Below are positions 31,659-38,876 of a stretch of 64,000 nucleotides of DNA, in pieces. Under the pieces are notes generated by a model. That model worked only from the letters and a program-made list of their open reading frames with translations. It was not told the origin of the DNA and ran no database searches. The stretch lies in the NCBI GenBank assembly GCA_963667725.2, contig CAXXHO010000005.1, forward strand, positions 512,001 to 576,000, given 5' to 3'. The first letter of the stretch is position 1; every line of letters begins with the position of its first letter. The DNA is from Treponemataceae bacterium. Its GTDB lineage: Bacteria; Spirochaetota; Spirochaetia; Treponematales; Rectinemataceae. The position numbers and the translations under genes were made by a program.

Positions 31659-31821
31659 GTTAGAATTTTCACCCCAAAGAGCACTTCTTTCTTCTCTTCT
31701 CTTTAACTTATCTATTTTCTTCTTTTCGTCGTTTTTTATATGCACGTAACATGCGAGAATAAGGGAAAGACGCACCGCTTCTCTTCCCTTTTCGAGCAGC
31801 TGAACAACTAATAATTCTAAC
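31659..31821 (-). repeat. Gene-less cassette family A, copy 10 (TCAGCT variant)
   Basis: Near-identical to copy 4. Confidence 0.9.
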
Positions 31822-32206
31822 ATTGGCTTAACCCTTAACGCGTACATTGGCGCGGTTTGTGCTTGCGAGCGAAGCGAGTTGCACAAACCGTGACAATAGC
31901 GTTATAGGGTTGAAGCAGGTGTTGGACGACCCTATTTAGCTGTCTATATACTTCCTAACTACATTCACTTTGCCGATTTTATAATCACTAAATCCTGATT
32001 CAACATACATTTCATAAGGACCATTCCATTTTCCGAATTCTGATTTTGATCTCTTCTTTGGATATGCCTCTATAACCAGATACCCTTTCTCTTTTGAATC
32101 TTCAATAATTCTACTTAAGAGTTGCTTTGCTATACCTTTTCTTCTGTACTCTTTTTGAACTATAAAGCAGACTATTGATAACACTTTCTCTGAAGCATTA
32201 TAGATA

Positions 32207-33847
32207 GGGATTCCTGAAGAACCCGCTTTTCAATCTTTCAAGCCGCTCTCAACAGCCCCATTGGTATAAATTTTAATCGTTCTGCTATTTCAATAATCGT
32301 ATCAATGAGCAACACAAAAAGGGCTTTCGCCTTTCTCCTTGCCAACACCATGAGGTTCATCACCAAGAATACCATCATGATGGAAGTCTCGCTCGTTTCC
32401 TTAAGCTTCGTTCCAATACTATCGAGCGTATAACGTCGTTTCGCTTCTCCAAACTTGCCCTCTACCGCGATCCTCATGCTCTCATCTTCTCGCTCGATTC
32501 TTTTTTGTTCACGTATTCGTTCTTTATTCTTGCCGTTAACCTTGAACGGCCTTCCCAGCTTCGGCCCCGATAATCGTATCCCATACTCTTGGCAGTACTG
32601 CAGATTCTCCCTCGTCCTATAGATCTTATCGGCGCATACCGCTTCTGGATATCTCCCATATCGCCGCTTATAGCTTTCTATTTGCCCTTTCAAATCTTTG
32701 CATTCGTTGTAGGAATCCCATGAGAGCCTATAGACTTCCGCCATTCCATCAACAAGGCTCAACGAGAGCTTCGCTCCAAACTCATACATTCCTCGGGCCT
32801 TTCCTCTCGCGATCGGACGCACCCAAGGCTTACTTATGCTTAAGATCCTTCCTTCTATCGACCAGGTGTCACTGCGGTACAATTCTCTCTGCTGGCGGAC
32901 CAATTCTCCGATTACCCACAGATCCTGCCGCTGCTTTCTCGAGAGCGAAGTTATCCCTACTTTGTCCTTGTATTCATTGATCAACCGCAGGTTCCGCTCG
33001 ACATATTGGATCTGCGTTTTCAACGCTCTCCTTATCGTATTCACTCTCGGCTTTCGGTTCCGTATGAAGGTCAGAAACTCTTTTCTCGCCTTCTTCCTAT
33101 ACGTCCTTGGTTTTTCCCAACCCTCCGGCATTTCTTTCTGGAGCGTATCGATGATACTTTCAGTCTTCCTTCTCGCTTCATCCAGCAAGGTCACATCATG
33201 GGGGAATCTCATATCTTCGGGAGCGCAGGTAGCATCAACGATCAAGGTCCCTTTATTCTCTTGCCCTTTCTCTTCTCCATCCCCTGCGCCGTTGCCTTTA
33301 TCTTCATCATCATGGTGTTCATCGTCGGCTTTGCTCTTCTCGATGATCAATGAATTCACTTCTTTCAGGACGTCAGCAGATAATCGTTTCCTGAAATGCA
33401 CCATCATGCTCGGATCGAAAGGTATCTCATATTTGTATCCTTCGTATCCTAAGAAGAACTGTAGATAAGGACTCTCTCGAATATCCTCCACCAGTTCTTC
33501 ATCTGAAAGATTCTTCTTCTCTTTTATTATGAGAGCGCCTAACGCGACTCTCACCGGTATCGCCGGCCTTCCATTATTAGCGACGAACAGCTTTGAATAT
33601 TTCTCTTCGACATCTTTCCAAGGGATCAGGCTTGCCAAGATTACCCAACGATTATCCGCTTTCAAGCTGCCGCCGAACACCATGTCGAACTGATCAAACT
33701 CAGGCGTATACTTTGGTATTCTGTACATCTTCGCCTTCCAAGTGCACGACTTTTTCACGCTTTTCTTCAATTTCCGTGCACTTTTCCGGTCCATTATATC
33801 ATATATTCCTTTAACTGATTTGACTTTATTTCTTTTTCAGGAGCCCC
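32207..33847 (-). mobile_element. IS5-family insertion sequence, 1641 bp
   Basis: Imperfect IRs GGGATTCCTGAAGAA / GGGGCTCCTGAAAAA; 6-bp target duplication TAGATA (32201-32206, 33848-33853); higher GC than the array. Confidence 0.9.
32238..33794 (-). CDS. IS5-family transposase (true start probably MYRIP)
   Basis: LIVDATC, EFGAK, ADKIY, RIAVEGKFGEAKRRY. Confidence 0.93.
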   Translation of the reverse strand: MDRKSARKLKKSVKKSCTWKAKMYRIPKYTPEFDQFDMVFGGSLKADNRWVILASLIPWKDVEEKYSKLFVANNGRPAIPVRVALGALIIKEKKNLSDEELVEDIRESPYLQFFLGYEGYKYEIPFDPSMMVHFRKRLSADVLKEVNSLIIEKSKADDEHHDDEDKGNGAGDGEEKGQENKGTLIVDATCAPEDMRFPHDVTLLDEARRKTESIIDTLQKEMPEGWEKPRTYRKKARKEFLTFIRNRKPRVNTIRRALKTQIQYVERNLRLINEYKDKVGITSLSRKQRQDLWVIGELVRQQRELYRSDTWSIEGRILSISKPWVRPIARGKARGMYEFGAKLSLSLVDGMAEVYRLSWDSYNECKDLKGQIESYKRRYGRYPEAVCADKIYRTRENLQYCQEYGIRLSGPKLGRPFKVNGKNKERIREQKRIEREDESMRIAVEGKFGEAKRRYTLDSIGTKLKETSETSIMMVFLVMNLMVLARRKAKALFVLLIDTIIEIAERLKFIPMGLLRAA

Positions 33848-34296
33848 TAGATATCATCTAATCTAGGATAGTTCTTCTTTTCATTGGCATTTACCCAACC
33901 TACTACTTTCTCATCTTCATATGCCAAGTATCCTTTCATTCTGCCTGTTTCTATAAGCCATTTTGCATATTCTTTTCTTCTATCTGATTGGTTTACATAT
34001 TCTCTTGGTTTTGGGTAATAAAAAGCAGTACAGTAGCAGCCATTCCAATCTTCATGATCTAAAAATGCCCGATTATCAAAGAAATCAAACCAATCAGACA
34101 TTGTAACTGGGCTTAACTCTTTAATTATCATTGTAAGCTCCTAGGGCGCGCGTTAAGCGCGTCCGTCCAACATTGGCTTAACCTTTAAATCCGTGCCTGA
34201 GCTATTGCGAAGGCTTGGCGTGGTTTGTGCATGGGCTTTCTGCACAAACCATGACAAAGGATTTATAAGGTTGAAGCAGGTGTTGGGCGCATATTT

Positions 34297-34983
34297 CTAC
34301 CATATATAAGGTATTAATCTATATTTTACTCTCTTCGTATATTCTAAATATCCTTCCAAACCTTCTACTAATACTTTTTCTTCATTTTTGATTCTTAGTA
34401 TCAAAGTAAACGGAAACAGGATCCCAGGTATTAAAGCTATGAATGATCCAAGGAGTAATGGTGAAAATATATATATGGGAATGATGGCTAAGTACATGGG
34501 ATGTCTAACAAATGCATATAGTCCAGTATCGATAAGCTTTTGTTTTTCTTGTACTTCTACTACTCTTGATGCATAACTATTCTGTAACATGACACAAATG
34601 TTCATACTATACCCAAGACTAACCATTATCCATGATACTGCTACAAGCCAATTAGGTACTTTTGACCATTTGAATCGATAATCAAGCCCAGGTAATATAT
34701 ATATTAATAGTATGAGAATTCCTGATACTATAACAAATACAATCTGCTTCTTTTGCTTTTCAGATGTTTTCATTCTTTTTTCTAGTAAAGACTTATCTTT
34801 CTTGTAGAGTACTATGAATCCTATGCCCATCAATAAAAGCATGGTACCGATGTAAAGCCACCCATTTAAATATGAGAAGGAACCGGCTGTCAAGAAAAAT
34901 AATAAACCAAGCATTATGCCAACAGTTATATATCTTAAAAGAACTGCAATAATGAGTTTTCTATTTTCTTGGGTATTTGCCAT
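34297..34983 (-). CDS. Isoprenylcysteine carboxylmethyltransferase (PEMT/ICMT) family membrane protein
   Basis: TGLYAFVRHPMY...EEKVL...YRLIPYIW. Confidence 0.9.
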   Translation of the reverse strand: MANTQENRKLIIAVLLRYITVGIMLGLLFFLTAGSFSYLNGWLYIGTMLLLMGIGFIVLYKKDKSLLEKRMKTSEKQKKQIVFVIVSGILILLIYILPGLDYRFKWSKVPNWLVAVSWIMVSLGYSMNICVMLQNSYASRVVEVQEKQKLIDTGLYAFVRHPMYLAIIPIYIFSPLLLGSFIALIPGILFPFTLILRIKNEEKVLVEGLEGYLEYTKRVKYRLIPYIW

Positions 34984-35159
34984 AAAGGAACCTCCTAAGA
35001 TTTTTGTTATTTAGGTATTCTTGCGCGCGTCAGCGCGTCCGCCCAACATTGGCTTAACCCTTAACGCGTACTTTGGCGTGGTTTATGCTTCGCGAACGCA
35101 GTGAGCTGCACAAACCATGACAATAGCGTTATAGGGTTGAAGCAGGTGTTGGAAGTCTT

Positions 35160-35717
35160 TTACTCTACTACCAACTTCATCAACATAACATTATGTTCAT
35201 CAAAGCCATCAAATCTAAATCCTATACTCTCCCAAAACCGTTTATTCCTTTCATTTGAAACATTGAGCTCAAAGTACTTTGCTCCCTGTTCCATTACAGA
35301 CTTTTTAAGAATCATAAAATACTCTTTCCCTAAACCTCTATTTCTATACTCTGGTAGTATACAATATTCTGATATAAAGCATTTTCCATCTTCTGAAAGA
35401 TACGTACCATAATACGCAAACCCAACTACTTCTTCTTTCAGCATAAGAAATGCAAAAAAGAATGTATCGATATCTCTTTTTGAAAGTGCATGGAGTACAT
35501 TTCTATACTCAGAAGAAAAGAACCATTCTTTATCTTCTTGTGATAACACTCTACCAATAGATGAGTTAGGTAAAATATCTTTTACCATGTATTCATCCAT
35601 CATAATCCAAAATTCCTTTAGCTCTTCTTCAGTGTCCAATATTTTGATTGTCATGCTTTTGTAACCAATAGTCACATACTCTCCTATATGAATACAGGAC
35701 AATAAATAACTTAACAA
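35160..35717 (-). CDS. GNAT acetyltransferase (start probably internal)
   Basis: PEYRNRGLGK and FWESIGF. Confidence 0.85.
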   Translation of the reverse strand: MLSYLLSCIHIGEYVTIGYKSMTIKILDTEEELKEFWIMMDEYMVKDILPNSSIGRVLSQEDKEWFFSSEYRNVLHALSKRDIDTFFFAFLMLKEEVVGFAYYGTYLSEDGKCFISEYCILPEYRNRGLGKEYFMILKKSVMEQGAKYFELNVSNERNKRFWESIGFRFDGFDEHNVMLMKLVVE

Positions 35718-35927
35718 ATTAATTCTACCGCTAATTTTGTATAGAAAGACTTTATCTTCCCCTGCGCCGGAGGCGTCCTTCCAACATTAGCTTAACCCTT
35801 AACGCGTACATTGGCGCGGTTTGTGCTTGCGAGCGAAGCGAGTTGCACAAACCGTGACAATAGCGTTATAGGGTTGAAGCAGGTGTTAGCTGCCAGTACT
35901 CTACTTATTAACTTTTACAGTAACGAT

Positions 35928-36485
35928 TTATAAAGTTCTACTCTTAACCCAATCTTCTCTCAAGATTGCATACAAGCATGAATCTTTCCATTCACCGTTC
36001 TTATACTCAGTCTGCCTAAAGTAACCTTCTCTTCTAAACCCTAACTTCTTCAGCAATCCTATTGATGCTTTATTATTGTAATCAACTCCTGCTTGTATTC
36101 TGTTTCGCTTCATTACATCAAACATAAAACCTAGTAATGCATTTACTGCTTCAAATCCATACCCAAGTCTTTGATACTCTGGCCGTATCGCATACCCTAT
36201 AGCACTTCTTTCATTGTTATAATCCCAATAGCTTATAGCTATATCTCCTATAACCTTATCTCCTAAAAGTATAACAAAGACTGAATATCCATTATCTTTA
36301 TTGAACTCGGTAATATTGCTTTTTAAATACTCTTTTAAATCTTCAACAGAATCTTGTTTCTTCGTATACCATACGTAGACTCTTGGATCTGAACGGTACT
36401 CGAATAGTTGTTCTAGATAGTGATCAGAGTATTCACGAATCAGCAATCTATCTGTTTTAATATCTTCAAACTGCATGATTTTCAC
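35928..36485 (-). CDS. GNAT acetyltransferase (RimJ/RimL-like)
   Basis: TDRLLIR, YQRLGYG, NKASIGLLKKLGFRREG. Confidence 0.9.
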   Translation of the reverse strand: MKIMQFEDIKTDRLLIREYSDHYLEQLFEYRSDPRVYVWYTKKQDSVEDLKEYLKSNITEFNKDNGYSVFVILLGDKVIGDIAISYWDYNNERSAIGYAIRPEYQRLGYGFEAVNALLGFMFDVMKRNRIQAGVDYNNKASIGLLKKLGFRREGYFRQTEYKNGEWKDSCLYAILREDWVKSRTL

Positions 36486-36651
36486 TCTATTTAAGTTACA
36501 GATTCAAAATATCCAAGCGCCGAAGGCGTCCAGCTAACATTGGCTTAACCCTTAACGCGTACATTGGCGCGGTTTGTGCTTGCGAGCGAAGCGAGCTGCA
36601 CAAACCGTGACAATAGCGTTATAGGGTTGAAGCAGGTGTTAGATTTCTTCT

Positions 36652-37149
36652 TTAATTAACTACCTTATCTATATATAATCCGCAATCTGGTACAAACTTA
36701 TTTTCCTTTAAAAGTTCTAGTACTTCTTCTCGTGTTGCAATTATTGCTTCTTCAACTTCAGTTTCTTGACATTTTATTGCCATTTTATCTATTTCTTGAT
36801 TAAAGACCCATACATCAACAAAATGCGGACTAAAGCCATTATCACCTTTATATTGGTATACGATCTTTCCTCTTTCTTTATCCAAATCAAGTCCTAATTC
36901 TTCTTTTACTTCTTTCAAAGCAGTTTTTAAGCTATCATCTCCAGATACAGCCGAACCACCCGTACATTCCCATAACCCAGGGTAAGGATATTTATCTTTC
37001 TTTCTTTTTGAAATTATAAATTCATTCTTTGAATTCTTTATCCATACATGTACGATAAGATGATATTCATTCTCTTTGAATGCATCGCCACGAAGGATAA
37101 CTTTACCAGTTTTATTTCTATTTGAATCTAATACATCCCAGTATTCCAT
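36652..37149 (-). CDS. NUDIX hydrolase
   Basis: GGSAVSGDDSLKTALKEVKEELG. Confidence 0.9.
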   Translation of the reverse strand: MEYWDVLDSNRNKTGKVILRGDAFKENEYHLIVHVWIKNSKNEFIISKRKKDKYPYPGLWECTGGSAVSGDDSLKTALKEVKEELGLDLDKERGKIVYQYKGDNGFSPHFVDVWVFNQEIDKMAIKCQETEVEEAIIATREEVLELLKENKFVPDCGLYIDKVVN

Positions 37150-37392
37150 AATTGTCCCTTACATTGAACTAAAGACTCTAAAAACTTTTAGTCTTGTTAT
37201 CATCATCTGAATAGCCAATTTTGCATTGGCAATAAAAAGTTAAGCATATATCTTTATCCGCCCGCGCAGCGTGAATCTAACATTGGCTTAACCCTTAACG
37301 CCTGCTCCTGAGCGAAGCGAAGGATTGGCGTGGTTTTTGCATTGTTGTTCTGCAAAAACCATGACAAAAGGCGTTATAGGGTTGAAGCATTT

Positions 37393-37883
37393 GTTATATG
37401 CTTTTCTTTTATCAATAATCTTCTATGCTTTCGTTTTCTTAATTACTATTCAATTTTTTATTATAGTTTTCTATAATCTTATTTCTATTTATTCTCTTAT
37501 TATCATATATTATTCATTTTTACTATAATTTTCTTGAAGTAAACTTAAAATATTGAAGCGCTATACTTTTAGATCATGAAGAATACGAAAGCATCCTTCA
37601 ATCGAAAGCCAGCTTTCATATTCGGCTGCTTTCGTATTCTTCAATATTCTTGTAAGTATTCTTATAATATTTTTGATTTTTTTAGTCTTCTATTATTTCT
37701 TTTAAATATTTATCGCAATAATAGAAAATATGACACACTATCACAATGGAATCATAAAAAGGATTTCGAGGACCAAGGCACAAGATAAAATATAGTATTA
37801 TCAAAGAGATCACTAAAAATCTTTTACCGATGCACTCAATCTTTGGTCTTTCTTGCGCGCCGCGTCAGCGGCGTCCATATAAC
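37393..37883 (-). other. Gene-less cassette family B, copy 2 (second position in the array)
   Basis: Appears identical to 22565-23055, including its attC. Confidence 0.75.
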
Positions 37884-37975
37884 ATTGGCTTGACCCTTAA
37901 CGCCCGCTCCTGAGCATAGCGAAGGATTGGCGTGGTTTGTGCATTGTTGTTCTGCACAAACCATGACAAAGGGCG

Positions 37976-38659
37976 TTATAGGGTCGAAGCAGGTGTTAGA
38001 CGAATTCCCCTTTTAATAAACTCTTCTATAGTTTTACTGATTGTTTTTAGTATCTCTATATCTTGATCTACTTTTCCTATCTCTAATATGTGATTCGCAC
38101 CCTCTATCTCAAGTACCTTAATATTTTGTCTCTTATAAAGTTCTTCTAATCCCTCTATCTTATAATTACTATCTGCCATACTTCCAATTACTAGCATAGC
38201 ATTATCAATTGTTATGATCTTTTTAAGAATTCTATCCCATTCCGTACCTGGCGTTATTAGGATAAAAGAACTCTTTTTCATTATCTCTTCATCAGTAAAC
38301 AATCTACTGATGATACTCGTACCCATAGATTTGCCAATAAAGATAATATTCCTATAAGCTTTACTTATTTTATCAATATAGTCTTTTACCAAGACATTAT
38401 CTTCTTCAAAATAAGTATCTTGATCTGACTCAAGCATCTTTAGAAAAGAAGTATTTTTTGAATAATCAAAATCGATCCCAACATAATCACACTTGAGCTC
38501 TTTTGCTATACTTTTTGAATAATATAGTATTGGATGATTGATAGTATAGCTAAAGCCTCCAATAATAATTATGAGTGTATCAATACTCTTGTTAAGTTGA
38601 GATTCAATGATAATACTCGTTCCATCTTTTCTTTCAATGCCCATATTATTTACCCACAA
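37976..38659 (-). CDS. Alpha/beta-hydrolase fold protein, first cassette
   Basis: GKSMG nucleophile elbow, D and ANH motifs; stop lies inside the attC. Confidence 0.8.
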   Translation of the reverse strand: MWVNNMGIERKDGTSIIIESQLNKSIDTLIIIIGGFSYTINHPILYYSKSIAKELKCDYVGIDFDYSKNTSFLKMLESDQDTYFEEDNVLVKDYIDKISKAYRNIIFIGKSMGTSIISRLFTDEEIMKKSSFILITPGTEWDRILKKIITIDNAMLVIGSMADSNYKIEGLEELYKRQNIKVLEIEGANHILEIGKVDQDIEILKTISKTIEEFIKRGIRLTPASTL

Positions 38660-38711
38660 TGAATATTTCTTTATGAACTAATTAATGTAAAATTTGCTCC
38701 CCGTAGGGTGC

Positions 38712-38735
38712 GTCTAACATTTATTGGACAGATCG
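38712..38735 (-). other. attI: attI site (core GTTAGAC)
   Basis: Minus strand tgtccaataaatGTTAGAC; complements the first cassette's inverse core at 37995-38001 but is not part of an attC palindrome; about 160 bp downstream of the intI stop. Confidence 0.8.
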
Positions 38736-38876
38736 AAGAAAAGAGAAGATTTCAATTTTTGCTGAACCATGTAAGATGCTGGATAAAATGGGAAAATAGG
38801 GGCAAATAATTTTAGGGAAATAAGATAGGTACATGGTTGAGAGAAAAAGTCAGGAATTTAGACAGTTTAATATAGT

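Larger units (their letters stand above)
31936..34131 (-). pseudogene. GNAT acetyltransferase split by an IS5-family element
   Basis: Removing the IS and one TAGATA restores ...YPRLDDIYNASEKVLSIVCFIVQKEYRRKG... in frame. Confidence 0.9.
353..38001 (-). repeat. attC: attC site family, 51 copies
   Basis: Copies at 353-477, 1224-1347, 1497-1643, 1795-1919, 2564-2688, 3329-3453, 4034-4158, 4715-4854, 5556-5704, 5853-5967, 6717-6841, 7365-7489, 8172-8296, 9062-9186, 10003-10127, 10277-10401, 10958-11082, 11826-11950, 12451-12575, 13090-13215, 13908-14041, 14684-14805, 15746-15895, 16674-16798, 18044-18169, 18891-19014, 19564-19687, 20306-20429, 21056-21204, 21354-21474, 22174-22297, 22447-22571, 23049-23197, 23346-23469, 24773-24923, 25557-25681, 25831-25955, 26105-26228, 26799-26922, 28419-28543, 29206-29328, 30168-30291, 30910-31034, 31541-31665, 31815-31927, 34165-34288, 35041-35154, 35779-35891, 36532-36644, 37275-37399, 37877-38001. 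The plus strand folds gcttaaccct-taacgcc with ggcgtta-T-agggtt-G-aagc, leaving the extrahelical G and T typical of an attC bottom strand. Confidence 0.96.
1..38718 (-). mobile_element. Integron gene-cassette array (superintegron), 51 complete cassettes plus 1 partial; continues beyond the left edge
   Basis: Mostly single ORFs on the minus strand separated by palindromic ~113-150 bp repeats bounded by RYYYAAC...GTTRRRY. In most units checked, the 5' core complements the unit's own 3' inverse core (e.g. gttaggttc at 471 and gaacctaac ending 1230). An integron integrase is adjacent. Confidence 0.97.

Noticed and set aside
1204..37528. Recurrent ORF-track peptides MAWF.../MSWF...KPMLE... on both strands
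   Set aside because: They are translations of the attC palindrome from TTG/GTG starts without an RBS and end at variable points. Translational coupling through attC cannot be excluded but has no direct support.
353..38001. CRISPR array interpretation of the regular repeats
   Set aside because: Repeats are 113-150 bp with attC boxes, the spacers are gene-sized, no cas genes are present and an integron integrase is adjacent.
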